Assembly: GCF_030684315.1 (NCBI RefSeq)
Contig: NC_081361.1
Location: 90,886,104-90,950,103, forward strand
Origin: Stegostoma tigrinum
Taxonomy: Eukaryota
Length of the DNA: 64,000 nt
Direction: 5' to 3'
The notes under the pieces are model-generated. The model saw only the letters and a list, made by a program, of their open reading frames with translations. It ran no database searches and was not told the DNA's origin. Shown piece by piece: positions 25,091-39,450 of the stretch. The position numbers were made by a program, and so were the translations under genes. The stretch's first letter is position 1. The number at the start of each line of letters is the position of its first letter.

Positions 25091-27249
25091 TCTCTGAACA
25101 GTGTACAGTTGTGGTGCTTCTCCATCTTGTGGCCATGTATCTTTTACATTTGCCTCTACGTTTGAGGAAGAAATGGAATGGGGAGACAATTTGTTGCTGG
25201 GCAAACTTGTTTGCATGTGTCCTCCAAGTATAGGTCATGCCAGGGATGGTAATAAACTTGTTGGACTAAAGATTTGGTGAACATGCCCTTGGTGTAAGAT
25301 GATCATGATATCCCGGCGTGATGTTTTTGGTATTGGTGTTTGTTGGCCCTTGAAAATAACTTGCTGTGATACTCCATGTTCATTCCTGCTGTATAGACTA
25401 ATCTTTGGAACTGCTTTAAGACTGCCAGCTGGAGAATTGTCTTTTTACAACTCTTGTAGATGCCTCATCTTCAGCAATTTTGGCCAATGTGTAACTGATC
25501 AACTTTGAGTCTGTCCTCAATTTCACCTGATTGGATTGCATCTTCTGTGGTCTGGTCCATCACAGTGGCTTTGAATGGAGTCATATGAATTGTGAATACA
25601 CACCAAAGTCTGTGCATGTTAATATTCTACCACTGCCAGATCTCAGATATCTACCAGTAGAATACTTTGAGAATCCAAGATGACATCACCAGTACAGAGA
25701 CAGAGTAGTGCTCTTGAGGTGGGGCACATACATTCGAACTGCTTTTCTCCCACATGAAAATAATACAAAAGATCACAAAGAACTAATCTAAACAATTTGT
25801 TATAAAAAAGTAAAAAGAATGAAATACTCTGCAATATATCGTCTTGAGTGATGAACGCCTTACAGTTTATGCAATTACTAAATTAAACATGAAGTGTTAC
25901 AAAGGTAGCAACACAAAAGTTAAACTTAGCTAACAGATACAGTTCAGTGATATATAATTACTTACTTCCTGAGGAAGTGGTGGATATGTCTACAGTTGCA
26001 AAATTTAAAAGACACTTACATAAATACATGAAAAAGAAATGTTTGGAGGGATTATGGACCAAGCGTAAACAGGTGGAACTGCTTTAGTTTGGGATTATGG
26101 TCAGCATGGACTGGTTGGACCAAAGGGTCTGTTCCCGTGCTGTATGCCTCTATAACTCTGTAAAATAATTTATAAAAGAGAAAAGGCACAACTGTGATTT
26201 TAATTTGTTTTCAGTGACTTCCATTTTGGCTCAGTCAGCTGTGATTGCATGTTCTTTCTAACTCCGTCTTGGGGCTTACATGTGCTCACAATCATAAAGT
26301 GAGAATGAATTAAACAATGCCCCTTGTTCGAAACGGTAGTATCTCTAAAATGTAAAAGTACTGTTCGCTGCCCTACTGTGGAGTTCTTTGTCAAATGAAG
26401 CTAAGGACAGTCATATGATATTAAATGACTAAAATCTACAATGGTTACAGTAAAACAGAAATGTGCTCTGAAATGAAGCTGTTCTATGCTTATCCATTGA
26501 TCTGAAATCACATAAGTTGATTCTGTTAATTATGTGAATTATTTGATGACTAATACCATGTTTTGTTGACCTTCAATTAGGTTGCTAAATATCTATCACC
26601 GAGATCTTGAAGATTTTTTTAAAAATAGATGGCCACTACTGCTAGACATGAAACATATAGCAGAGTATCTTTACCTGATGCAGCAATGCTTGTATTGTCC
26701 GTCATAACATATGAATCCAGATGTGGGTAAGAATCTAACAGAACTCCTATTTCAGCTCACTGCTATTTACAATCAACAGATTTGGAGACAAAAATGTGTC
26801 TGGGGTAGTATCAGCCTATTCAGTTACACTGAGCAGTATATTTCCATGCTTCAAGTAGCCCATGTTAAGATGGAGCCTGAGATTTTTATATAATTAGATG
26901 ACATGCAATGATGCAGAGATACTATCATAAGTGTGGCTCTTAAAGATATACTGACAATGAGACATAACACAATATTTAAGATATAATAAATTATTGAAAT
27001 GTACACAAATGAAGCAGCCATTTTTCATTTAACAAGATCTCATTGATTAGAATTAGATAAATGATCAATTAATATCTAGTATTTGTCAGGATATCTGGAG
27101 AGCAAGTTTTATCACAGACATACAGTTTGAAAGCTACTGGATGGCAATAGACAATCATAATATATTTATAAAAGGCAGATCTTATAATTGAGATTTTTCA
27201 AGAATCCAGCATGTAGATGGCAGAAGGATTTTTGATATTTATGATAGAT

Positions 27250-27615
27250 AGATAGAACATAACAGCACAGTACAGGCCCTTCGGCCCTCGATGTTGTGCC
27301 GACCTGTCATACCAATCTGAAGCCCATCTAACCTACACTATTCCATGTACGTCCATATGCTTGTCCAATGACAACTTAAATGTACCTAAAGTTGGCGAAT
27401 ACTACCGTTGCAGGCAAAGCATTCCATTCCCTTACTACTCGGAGTAAAGAAACTACCTCTGACATCTGTCCTATATCTTTCACCCCTCAATTTAAAGCTA
27501 TGCCCCCTCGTGCTCGCCGTCACCATCGTAGGAAAAAGGTTCTCCCTATCCACCCTATCTAACCCTCTGATTATCTTATATGTCTCAATTAAGTCACCTC
27601 TCAACCTCCTTCTCA
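27250..27615 (-). mobile_element. Young CR1 3' fragment, near-identical to 30-395
   Basis: ORF 27386..27646 RRRLRGDLIETYKIIRGLDRVD. Confidence 0.92.
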
Positions 27616-28409
27616 CTGAATGACAGAGCAGGCTTGAGGGTCTCAATAGCCTTCTCTTGGTTCTAATTCATTCCTTATGTTTATGTGGAGAAGTACTTCA
27701 TCTAATGTTTAGAAAGATTAAGAGAAATCCAATATTAAGAGAAATCCAATAATTTGGACAGCCCTCAGTTTCTAAGATCACGAGTCACAGAATACATGTT
27801 TAAAATAATTAGTTTTAAGAGCAAATTAGGCTGCAATATGATTGCAATGAGATGTAAATGAAGAAATAAGACTATTTACCAAACGCTTTTGATGCCTAGC
27901 CGAGAAACATGGAACGGTATTGAATTCCACTGCCAAATTCAAAAATCATATAGTATTGTACTTAATATCTGGGGTAGATGAGCATGTACATTGAAGTGAG
28001 CTCCTTTAAGTGTCAGGTAGAGAAGGGGAGCTGTTCGAAAGTTAAGCCAATTCAAATTAAAAAGTACAGTACTGGGCTTGCAACATTGCCATACTTGGTC
28101 CACTTGAGTTTATAACTGCCAGCAGCACAACTGTAACTGTGAATCTTAACTCTGGTTGTGGGTGAAATGAGAAGTTTAAAATCAGGACTGCATTAGTGAA
28201 AAGCACCAATACATACAGCTCCAAAGATTCAGGTGTGCCTGGTGCTGCTCCTGGCACGCCCTCCTGCACTCTCTATTGAATCAGGGTTGATCCCCTGGCT
28301 CGATGTTTGTGTGTATTTGTATTTGCACACATAAAGAAAACTCGAATTACAGAAACAATATGTGGAATTATGAATAAAAGTCTTATACAGGGAAAATTAT
28401 GTAAACTGT

Positions 28410-29995
28410 AGCCTAGTGGGTAGTACTCTTATCTTTGAGCCACAAAGTCATGAGTTCAAGTCCCATATCGAGCTTTGAATGCATACATAACAAGGCTGAC
28501 CTTTCAGGGCAGTACAAAGGACATGACACTTTTGGGCTGTTGTTTGTAAAATGAAACCTTAAACCAAGGTTCCATCCACTTGTTAGGGTTGACTTAGATC
28601 TGGATCTCACTATGGCTTTGGCCCAAACATGGACAAAGGAGCTGAACTCCAGGGGCAATGTGACATTAACTGCTCCTCACATTAAGACAGCACTTGATGA
28701 AATACGGCATCAAGGAGCCTTAGCAAAACTGGGGTCATTGGGAATCAATGGGAAAGCTCACTGCTGGTCAGAGTCACACCTGGCACATAGGAAGATGGCT
28801 GCAGTTATTGGTTCTCAGCTTCAGGACATCTCTGCAGGAGTTCCTTACAGTAGTGACAATGGCTCAACCATTTTCAGCTGATTCATCAATGACCTTCCCT
28901 CCATCATAAGGTCAGAAGTGGGGACGTTCGCTGATGATTGCACAATCTTCAGCACCATTCGCGACTCCTCAGATACTGAAGCAATCCATGTTCAAATGGA
29001 ACAAGACTGGGATAACACACAGGATGAAGCTGAATAGTGGTAAGTAACATTCTTAGAACATATAGAACATAGAGCAGTACAGCACAGTACAGGCCCTTCA
29101 GCCCATGATATTGTGTCAACCTATTATTCTGCTCTAAGATGAAACTAACCTGCATACCCTTCCTTTTACGATCATCCATGTGCTTATCCACGAGTCGCTT
29201 AAATGTCCCTAATGCCTCTGACTCTACTACCACCTCTGGCTGTGCATTCCATGCATCCACCCTCTCTGTGTAAAGAGACCATGTGCCACATAAGTATCAA
29301 CAATATCCATCTCAACCAAGAGAGAATCTAAGCCTTACTTTTTGATATTCGATACCATTACTACCACTGAATCCCTCACAATCAACTTCCTTAGGGTTAC
29401 CTCTGATGAGAAACTGAACCATATCAGCTATATGCATGCATAAGGACCATCCAATACAAAGAGGCCTGCTTGTCTGGAACCCAATCCACAATGTTCAATA
29501 TTCACTCCCTTCAGTGCCCAGTAGCAGCATTGTGTACATTCGACAAGATTCACAGCAGCAACTCACTGAGGCTCCTTAATCAACATCTTTCAGACCTATA
29601 ACCACTAACACTCAGAACGACTAGGGTAGCAGATGCATGGGAACATCACCACTTGCAAGTTCCCCTCCAATACATTCACCATCCTGACATGGAACAATAT
29701 TGCCGTCCTATAGTGCTGCTGGGCTGGAATCCTGGAACTCCCTTCTTAACAGCACTGAGGGTATATCTCACATATGTACTGTAGTGGCTTAAGCATATTC
29801 TTTACCTTCACCTTTTCAAGGGCAATTGGAGATTGGCAGTAATTGCTGGCCCAGCATCAATACCAACAACCCATTAACAAAGTTTTTAAAAATATTAAAC
29901 ATCCCATGGTAGAGTTTTAAAGAAGAGCAGAGAGCTGGCTCTACTGTCGTGGCCAACATCAGTCCCTGACCCACCATCACAGATGATCAGCTCCT
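28410..29995 (+). mobile_element. Deu-domain SINE split by a LINE fragment (about 28600-29890)
   Basis: Head to aaaccaaggttccatcc at about 28580; resumes catcccatgg...gaagagcag...ggccaacat at about 29900. Confidence 0.6.
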
Positions 29996-31489
29996 GGATT
30001 GATTCATGTCGATACATTCTATGATGCTGACACAATCAAAGTGAGGGAGGGAGCAGCTACAGTAAGCACCAAACATGAAAGCGAAGGCAATGGAGAGAGA
30101 CAGGCTAATCGCTTGGGTGCTACAGACTAGCATATTCTAAGCTTCACATGGATAAACTATTAAAGCTTGGGGACAGCTCCTCCAAAGATGGGAAAATTCC
30201 TCCCCTTCCTCAGTACACCGAGAGACTACAATCCATGTATAAACCCTGGGACTATATATCTGACATTCCATGAATTTTGTACAGAGTAATTGTAAATGTA
30301 GTGAGTAATATGCCCCCAAATTAAAAGAAATTGGTTCATTTTCAACTTGTGTATTGTCAACCTTAAAGGCTTATCCAACAGACTGTTGCACATTTTATGA
30401 ATGATTATGCTACTGGGGAAAGACTTGCCAGATTCAGACCTTGCTACCAGTGGGATGTGGACCTCTGCTGGCCATTGCAGTATTTTCCAGTTTATGAGAG
30501 CAAGAGTTACTTTTCTCTCCGTCTCCTCTAACAAGGGGCCGGACAGATTGAAAATTAGCCTGGCTTCCCAGCACTAAAAATTCATTTGTGAATAATTCAG
30601 GGTCAACTCAAATGTTCTCACTTCTCCACTGGGTCATCAGCATGACTGCATTTATCCCCAGTTTCTACTTGCTCTTCAAAAACACTGACATGCCTTTGCC
30701 TCAATTATATTCGTATCACCTGCAACAGGTAAAGTTAACATCTAAGTTATTGTGCCAGACCATAGAGCTCCTCCCTCAACTGGTGGTGCTTTAACCTGAG
30801 GGCCACCACACCTCAGCTGAGGGGACAGATTGAGAATGAGAGCCCTTCACAGTAACCGCAGCTTGAGCAGAATGGACGCATGCTGATAGCATCACCCTAC
30901 ATTCAAAATCATCCATCTAGCCAACTGAACTAGCCAACCCATACAAAAAGCAGGAAAACAGGCTTCTTGCACCGGTTAGCCTGTACTCTATACTTCACTC
31001 CTCCCTCGTCCTATGATAGACACCTCACAAGAACCTTTCAATGTATCTTCTGCTACTTTGTCCTGTAGACTACCTGTCTCCTTTCCTAAGGAAGCTCCTA
31101 CATTTTCTTTATGCATATCAAACATGCACCCTTTGAGCTGAAGTGGTTGTATTTCAATTCACCACATTTGTATGGAATACATAGAATGTGCTGTGTGGAA
31201 GTACAGAGGAGACCTGTTCAATTGAGGCATCTGAAAGGATGTTTATTTAAATAGAAGTGATAAGTAGGATTATGAGGAAAAGGCAGGGAATAGGTACTAA
31301 ATTGAAATGCTCAGGGAACCTGTGCAGATGATTCTTCTTTTTCCTACTCAAAACAATGATTAACATCCATTTTAAATCTCTATCACTCCTTTACTACCAT
31401 TAGCACTCCCATTGCCTTCCATGCTGGGCACCTCCACAATCTGTTCTTCTTGCTCCTTCCTCACCCTCCTTTTCTTTACAGCGTAAAAT

Positions 31490-31610
31490 GTTTCAAGTGC
31501 CTTGAGTCCTGAGCAAGTCATATCAGACCTGAAACATTAACTCTGTTTCCCTCTCCATAGATTATGCTAGACCTGCTGAATTTCTCCTGCAGTTTCTCTT
31601 TTCTAAAGTT
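31490..31610 (+). mobile_element. Terminus of a second, older Penelope-like family (related copies about 39835-39930 -, 40730-40825 +, 45665-45762 -)
   Basis: Shared ...gaaacattaactctgtttc(c)ctctcca..gatgctgccagacctgctgagtttctccagca pattern with hammerhead-like head. Confidence 0.55.
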
Positions 31611-32283
31611 TCAGATTTCCATTTGGCTTTGATGAAAGAACAATATTTTTAAGAGCACACTCAGAATAATTTGTCATCCCAGTTAACAGTTGAAAAAATA
31701 ATGGCTACATCCACCAAACCTTTCCCTTGAGATAAAAAGGATCATCTTTAAACAAAATGTTGCTGTACAGCTTGAACAAGTTTACCTTCAACAAGATGAT
31801 ATTTTCTCAAGGGATCGTTTGAAACTATAAAGTGCAGCATAGTGATTAATATTTTATTGCCACAAGCTTGACTTATCACGGCTTGCATTTTTTGACATTT
31901 TTCATGTTAATGTGATTAAAATAGAGCAGACTTGCAGAGCAAATGTAACTATGAAGAGCTACATGCGACCCTGGAATCGAAGGCGTATGTCTCTGGTTAG
32001 GTTAACAATATGCAATGGATAACAAAGTAATCTGTTCTGCTTGGCTGCTAATACATTGCAACAATCAACAGTTCATTGTAATGATTGTTGAGAGAGTGAC
32101 AAATATAAAGGGGTCTTGGAGATAAGTACCCAGGAACAATCAGCTCCTATTCCAGCTGCTTCTTTTGAATAGGACTAACTGAATAGGGTTCAGATGTGAA
32201 AGGGAGAGATACATATGATTAGGACTGTAGTTTTCAACAGTGAGAAGTCAGTGAAACATGAAATAAGTTAGGAATCTCGTGAC

Positions 32284-32505
32284 TGCTGTGTTTGTAATGA
32301 GGTCAGCCAGGTGGAACTCATAGAATATGAGTTTCCTGATTGGGCCTGTTAATCTGGTTCAATTAGGGAGCCCTGGCTGACGGATAGAAATGGGAAAGTC
32401 AGGGGTTCTGTTCACTCTGAGGATGCTGGATCAGTGTAAGGCATCTCCACACGTACGTGGAGGGTGACTTGGTGCAGGGATACTGCCCTGCGTGGAGTTA
32501 TTTCA
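32284..32505 (+). mobile_element. Probable solo LTR, same family
   Basis: TG...TTTCA ends; flanks gtgac/gtgat as a possible 5-bp TSD. Confidence 0.6.
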
Positions 32506-33007
32506 GTGATCATGTCGGGAGTTTTTAGGTGAATTTTTTAGATTCTTACAATAGTGGCAGATGTTGAGGAAGTGATCATCAATGTTGAAGCTAAATTCGC
32601 TCTTGTATACAGAAGCTCGTGACTGTTCTCAAGCTCGTAGATTGTCATGAGTTTCAGGGGATAGTTCCATTCTGAAGAATTTCCAATGTGAGGTAGTGAT
32701 GGTGTAACTCCTTCTTGACATGTCACTGTTCAACATAGTGCAAATGCTCCTATGGCAGAGCTCAGTGGAGAAACCACAAGGAGAAGCTGGAAGCTGTGGG
32801 TGTTTGACAAGACAAGAAAGTATTCAACACACTAAATGTCTGAGAAGGATGGAAGTTTACAATTTTGTCAACATGCAAAGTATTTCTTGACAGGAAATAT
32901 ATCAATTCAGATGATTGTGAAGGATGAACTGCAATAACTAAACTTCAAGCATGAACTATTTAATACTCCTTTGACAGCACTTCCTAAACCTACAACCACC
33001 TCAATCT

Positions 33008-33382
33008 CGTCCTTGCCTCCCTAACCTGTCCTTCCTCCCACCTATCCCCCCTCCCACCTCAAACCCCACCCCCATCTCCTACCTACTAGTCTCATCCAGC
33101 TCCCTTGACCTGTCCGTCCTCCCTGGACAGACCTATCGTCTTCCTAACTCCCCACCTACACTCACCTTTACTTGCTCCATCCCTGCCTCTATGACCTGTC
33201 TGTCTCCTCTCCACCTATCTTCTCCTTTATCCATCATCTATGTGCCTCCCCCACTCCCTCTTTATTTCAGAATCCCCTTCCCTTCCCCCATTTCTGAAGA
33301 AGGGTCTAGGCCCCAAACATCAGCCTTCCTGCTCCTCTGATGCTGCTTGGCCTGCTGTGTTCATCCAGCTCTACACCTTGTT
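33008..33382 (+). mobile_element. Older Penelope-like 3' fragment inserted in a LINE tail
   Basis: C-rich terminus and mutated hammerhead (ctgaagaagggtctaggccccaaac); perfect TSD acctcaatct 32998-33007 / 33383-33392. Confidence 0.85.
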
Positions 33383-34338
33383 ACCTCAATCTGGAAGGAC
33401 AAGGAAGATATATGGGACACCATTATCCGTAAGCAACGTTTTCTTCAAGCAGCTTACCTGTGTACATGCACAGATGCTCTGGTGGCTTTGAAATCTGGTT
33501 CTCAGAGTCTCTCTCCTGCATGGACCGCAGAAGGAATGCTGCCTGAAAATTCCCCTCCAAATCTTGGAAATATATCACCTTTCATTCAATGTTGCCTGGT
33601 CAAAAGCCTGGAATTCCCTTCCTAACTGCATGGTGTGTGTACCTACATCTGGTTGAAGAAAACCCCTCACCTTCTCAAGGGCAATTAAGGATGGGAAATA
33701 AATGCTGGTTGAGATAATGATGTTCTCATCCCATGTAGGGATAAAAAAAATTGACCAGAACCATCACAATCTATCCCAATTATTCCTAATCATTGTCATC
33801 AGTTGACAATCCAATTTAGATTGATGAGAAATGAGGGTGCAGGATGACCCAGGATAGGCCCAGGATGACTTGTGTTGTGTTGAGAAATTTGGGAGAATTG
33901 TGTGCGACATGAAGTGAAGCCTATTTCAGTGTCAAGACTGATAAATTGCATTTTCCAACCAAGTCCTAAATGGAGTTGAGATTCTAGCCAATGACAGCAA
34001 GAGGCTTATAATTCGGGATTATCACACATTATCACCTTCTTTACTAATTAACCTCACTTCATTAATGTGCACGTTCCCACTCTCCCACTAGTTGCACAGA
34101 AACTAGATGCTGAGAATTCTTGAAATGGAAGTCTGAGTGAGCATTGGTGAATCTACCTCATCACTTGCTCTTCTGAACCTTCATCTCAGGGCATGCTCCA
34201 TGGGCAGTGACAGCATGAACCCCGGGCACATCCACGGACATTGGCATCCAATATTACCCAACTTCAACACATCATCATGGCACATCTCTCACTCCAACAT
34301 GTACCAGCCTCACAACATCATCATGGCACATTCTCAGG

Positions 34339-34688
34339 GGTGGTGGTACAATGGTTAGCACTGCTGCCCCACAGTTCCGGGGACCCAGGTTCAATTCCAT
34401 GCTTGGGCGATTGTCTGTGTGGAGTTTGCACATTCCCCCAGTGTCTGCGTGGGTTTCGTCCTGGTGCTCCGGTTTCCTCCCACAGTCCAAACATGTGCAC
34501 GCTAGGTGGATTGGCCATGATAAATTGCCCGTAGTGTCCAGGGAAGTGTAGATTAGGTTGATTAAACATAGTGACTGCTAGATTACAGTGAAAGGGTAGG
34601 GGAATAGGTCTGTGTGGGACCTTCTTCAGAGGCACAGTGTGGACTAGGGCTGAATGGCCTGTTTCCACACTGTAGACATTCTATGATT
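34339..34688 (+). mobile_element. HE1/V-SINE
   Basis: tRNA head, V-domain, tail ggcctgtttccacactgtag. Confidence 0.82.
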
Positions 34689-35329
34689 TCAAACTCACAG
34701 TTCACATCTGCATTTCACGGCTGCATTTTGGAGGTCATCAGCATATCTGATTGAAATATTCCTGCAAGGACACTGTGGGTATGGGAACAGATACAGAGCC
34801 CAGAGTGCCCCTCAGGGCTGTGCATTTGCTTTTCTAGTGCCCATTCCATTTGCACCTACATGGGTCCTCTGCCTCAACTTGCTCTAATGCATCTTGGACC
34901 CTTGGCCTTAGAGACTGATGGCACTTCCATCTTGATTTGCCGTTTAGTGCGGACACTCAGGGGAGGCAATAGTCTAGTGATATTATCATTAGACTATTAG
35001 CCCAGAAACTCAACTACTGCCCTGCAGACTTGGGTTCGAATCCCACCACGGAAGATGGCAACATTTGAACTCAACAAAGAATCTGGAATTAAGGGTCTGA
35101 TGATGACCGTGAAATCATGCCTATTGGCACTGCTCTGTGTTTAGAGTCCAAATCTCTTCCTTGAGTCTCAATGACCTGGGCCTGGGACAGCATACAAGAT
35201 AAGGTCTAATCAAAGCACTACAGAGGTTGATCCTGACTTCCTCCAGCTTATTTCTCATTTTAGAAACTCAAAAATTCAACTTCCAATTGATTCTGTTGAT
35301 AGTTTGCTCTATGTCGTTCAAGAAATATT

Positions 35330-37790
35330 GTATCAGTCCGATTATTACAGACCAGACAGTTTGGTGGCAAGGGAGCCTCTAGAAACAACTATTCTGGGTA
35401 GAATTAGTAGTCACATCGTTAAGGGTGGGTTGATTATGAAGAGTCAGCTTGGATTTTTAAGGGGGAACACATGTATAATGAACTTGGTGGAGTTATTTGA
35501 AGAGGTAACAGGAAGGATAAATGAGGGTAACTTTGTTGATGTGTTGTACTTAGATTCCCACAAGGCATTTGATACAGGTTGCATAACTTGTGAGGAAAGT
35601 TATTGGGTCCGCAGAAAAATGGATACAAAATTGTTTGAGTGACAGGAAACAGACGGAAATAGTCAATGGGTACATTTTGGGCTTTAGGGAAGTTTACAGA
35701 GGAGTTCTCCGGGATCTGGTGCTAAGATCTTTGCTTTTCCCAGTATATATTAGTTAGCTGGATCTTGGTGTGCAGAAGCAATTTCAAAGTTTGCAGGTGA
35801 CACAAAATTTGGAAGAGTTGTGAACTGTGAGGAAGATAATCTGGAACTCCAAAAGATTATTGGCAAGTTGGTGGAATGGGTGCATAGGTGGCAGATGAAG
35901 TTCAGAGAAATGTGAGGTGATGCACTTTGGTTGGAAGAACACTGACAGACAATTTAAAATCGGGGTTATAATTCTGAGGGGTAGGTGCATGAACAGAGGA
36001 ATCTGGGTGTATAGATCATTAAAGGTGGCAGGGCTGGATGAGGGATCAATTACGAGAGTGCACAGATACTCAAATTTATTAAAAGGGGCATAGAGCAAGG
36101 AGGTGATGTTGAACTTATATCAGATACCTTTAGACATCAGCTGGAGCACTGTGTACAGTTGTAGGTGTTATTTTATTGGAAGGATGTGAACACATTGGAG
36201 AGAGTGCAGAAGCAAATTACAAGGATGGCTCCGGGGATGAGAAACTTTCAGTTCTGATGATAGATTGTAGAGATTAGGACCATTCTCCATGGAGAGAAGA
36301 AGGCTAGGTTGAAAACTGATAGAAGTTTTCAAATCATGAATGCAAGATTCTGGATTGTCTGGATTTAGAATTGGTTGGCTGGCAGGAGGCAGAGAATGGT
36401 TGTAGATGGTAAGTATTCTGCCTGGAGGTCAGTGCTGAGTGGTGTCCCACAGGGCTCTGTTCTTGGGCCTCTGCTCTTTGTAGTTTTTATAAATGACTTG
36501 GATGAGGAGGTTGAGGGGTGGGTTAGTATGTTTGCTGATGACACAAAGGTTGGAGGTGCCGTTGATAGTATCGAGGGCTATTGCAGGCTTCAGCGAGACA
36601 TTGACAGAATGCAGAGCTGGGCTGAGAAATGGCAGATGGAGTTCAATCTAGATACATGCGAAGTGATGCATTTTGGAAGGTCAAACTTAAATGCTGAATA
36701 TAGAATTAACAGCAGGATTCTTGGCAGTGTGGAGGAACAGTGGGATCTTGGTGTTCAAGTGCATAGCTCCCTCAAAGTTGCCACCCAAGTGGATAAGGTT
36801 GTTAAGAAAGCATATGGTGTTTTGGCTTTCATTAACAGGGGGATTGCGTTTAAGAGGTTATGCTGCAGCTCTACAAAACCCTGGAGAGACCACACTTGGA
36901 ATATTGTGTCCAGTTCTGGTCGCCCTATTATGGGAAAGATGTGGAGGCTTTGGAAAGGGTGCAAAGGAGGTTTACCAGGATGCTACCTGGACTGGAGGGC
37001 TTGTCTTATGAGGAGAGGTTGACTGTGCTCAGACTTTTCTCTCTGGAGAGAAGGAGGAAGAGAAGTGACCTGATTGAGGTGTACAAGGTAATGAGAGGCA
37101 TGGATAGAGTCAATAGCCAGAGACTTTTCCCCAGGGCAGGATTGACTGCCACGAGGGGTCATAGTTTTAAGGTGTTAGGAGGAAGGTATAGAGGAGACGT
37201 CAGAGGGAGGTTCTTCACCCAGAGAGTTGTGTGCGCATGGAATAGTTTACCAGTGGTAGTCGTGGAAGCAGAGTCATTAGTGACATTTAAGCGACTGCTG
37301 GACATGCACATGGACAGCAGTGAATTGAGGGGAATGTAGGTTAGGTTATTTTATTTTTGGATTAGGATTATTCCACGGCACAACATCATGGGCCGAACGG
37401 CCTGTACTGTGCTGTACTTTTCTAGGTTCTATGTTCTATGTTCTAAGATAGAGAACATAGGGAGAAATTATTCTGAATTGTGAAAAGATCGAGAACCCAG
37501 AGGACACAGATTTAAAGATTTACAAAAGAAGCAAATGTGAGATAAAAAAAATCTTTTTCACTCAGAAATTAGTTAGGGTCTGAAACATACTGCCTGAAGA
37601 TGTAGTACAGGCAGGTTCAATTGAAGCATTCAAAACAGCATTGGATGATTATTTGGACAGAAACAGCGCACAAGGGTATAGGGGATAAAGCAGGAGATTG
37701 TCATGGGGTAATGATGCTCATTTGAAGAGCTGGTGCAGACATGATGGGCTGAATGGTCTCCTTTTGTAACATAAACACTTCTGTAACTCT
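35330..37790 (+). mobile_element. Old CR1 interrupted by a younger CR1
   Basis: ORF 35304..35642 (SQLGFLRG..CIMNL..YLDSHKAFD); resumes after 37445. Confidence 0.8.
36349..37444 (+). mobile_element. Younger CR1 3' fragment
   Basis: ORFs 36375..37022 and 36860..37339 (one frameshift); tctatgt tail; possible TSD aagat. Confidence 0.92.
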
Positions 37791-39237
37791 GTGACATTGG
37801 TTAGATTCCTTGGGCCCTTTTTAAGTCTGTTGCATTTTCTGGAATGTGCAGAACTCTGCATTTCACTGCATGAACTTTCATGGCTTGGTTACAGTTCAGC
37901 ATTAGGCCATTCAGTCCATTCTATGTCAGCTGGTTCTTTGGAAGAGCAGCCCAGATGTTCCCATTCACTCAGCCTAGCCCCCATGCAGCGCTGCACTGTT
38001 TCTCCGTTCAGTTCGATATCCAATTCTTGTCACTGAACTTGCCTCCAGTGCACTTTCAGGATCCTAACTTCTCGCCGAATTAAAATGCTGTCCTCGTGTC
38101 ACCTTTGGTTTTTCGGCTGATCATCTTAACTCAGTATCTGCTGCTTCTTGATCCATCCACCACTGGGAACAGATTCTCCCTGTTTACTGTCCAAAGGCCT
38201 CATGATTTCAGAACTGTCCCATTAAATCTCCTTTTAACCTTCTCCAAAGAGAACAGCTCCAAGCTATCAACATAGCTGATAACATTCTCATGAATCTTTT
38301 CTGCACTGTTTATGATGCTTTTACATTATCTCTAAAGTGTGATAGCCAGGTTGGAAGCACTGTTTTATGATGGTCTTCTCTAACCTCAATGCTCTTGTAC
38401 TCCAGGCTTCTATTGATAAAGTCCAGGATATGGTTGCTGTATTAACCACGTTCTCCAACTATGTCACCTTCAATGACCTGTGCACAAAGACACTCACCAA
38501 TCCCCCAGTCCCTCTGCTCCTGCACCCCTCTAGAATTGTATCCTTTATTATTCTATTATTATTATTAATATCCTACTATTGCTATTCTTCATTTATTTTG
38601 CCAAAATAAATCCAATTTCTTTGCATTAAATTTGACTATCTGATGTTTGTCCAGTGCTCAGAGCTTCACTCATTTTGATCATTGAGGCTCTTTTACTAGA
38701 TGTCCAGCATTGCCGAGCTGTTTCTTTCATTTCCATTGGCTCTCCTAATATTGTATAATCTGCAAATTTGACCAGTTAGTAATGGGTTTTTCACGTTAAA
38801 TAATTGAAGTAAATCAGAAACAATCACCATCCTGACACTAAGCCTCAAGTATTTCATTCAGTACTTTCACCTCTCTCACACCTAACTGTTACGAAAAGCA
38901 GCCTGTCATTTTGAGGCCAATTTTTTTATACTCCATGGCCAGGATTACCATTTGATCCACAGATGTTTGGGTTTAACTAAAGATCTTTGTGAACAACTTT
39001 GTCAGCTACAATTTGTAACAGGCTTACAACAAAACACTTGGGACGTTATCTTTTTCAAAGTAGGAGATTGGTCAGGTAGGATCTCCTACTTTAAAATCTG
39101 TGTTGACAGCTCTTAGTGAATGTGCTATTATGCAGCAATTTGGAAAATAACATCTAATATTTCATTCCAGTATCTTACTCAGGATGGAAGTAAGGTCAGT
39201 AAGGTTAATGAATCTATAATCGACCACTTCCAGTTTA

Positions 39238-39450
39238 TTGGTTAGCTTAGTTGGCTGGATGGCTGGTTTGTAATGCCACATGATGCCAACGGCATGGGTT
39301 CAATTTGTGCACTGGATGAGATTGCTATGAGGACTCTTCTTCTTAACCTCACTTCAACTGTGGTGACCCTTAGGTTAAACTACCACTAATCATCTCGCTC
39401 TTTAAAGAGAGAACAGCTCTATGGAGGACTGTGTCAACTTTATCTTTATC
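39238..39450 (+). mobile_element. Another tRNA-derived SINE (second copy about 30760-30940, minus)
   Basis: ttagcttagttggctggatggctgg head; gtggtgacccttaggttaaactaccac core shared between both copies. Confidence 0.6.

Noticed and set aside
27717-27750. 17-bp tandem duplication; also the TA-rich run near 10392-10440 and G-run near 45397-45426
   Set aside because: Ordinary slippage products with no supporting context
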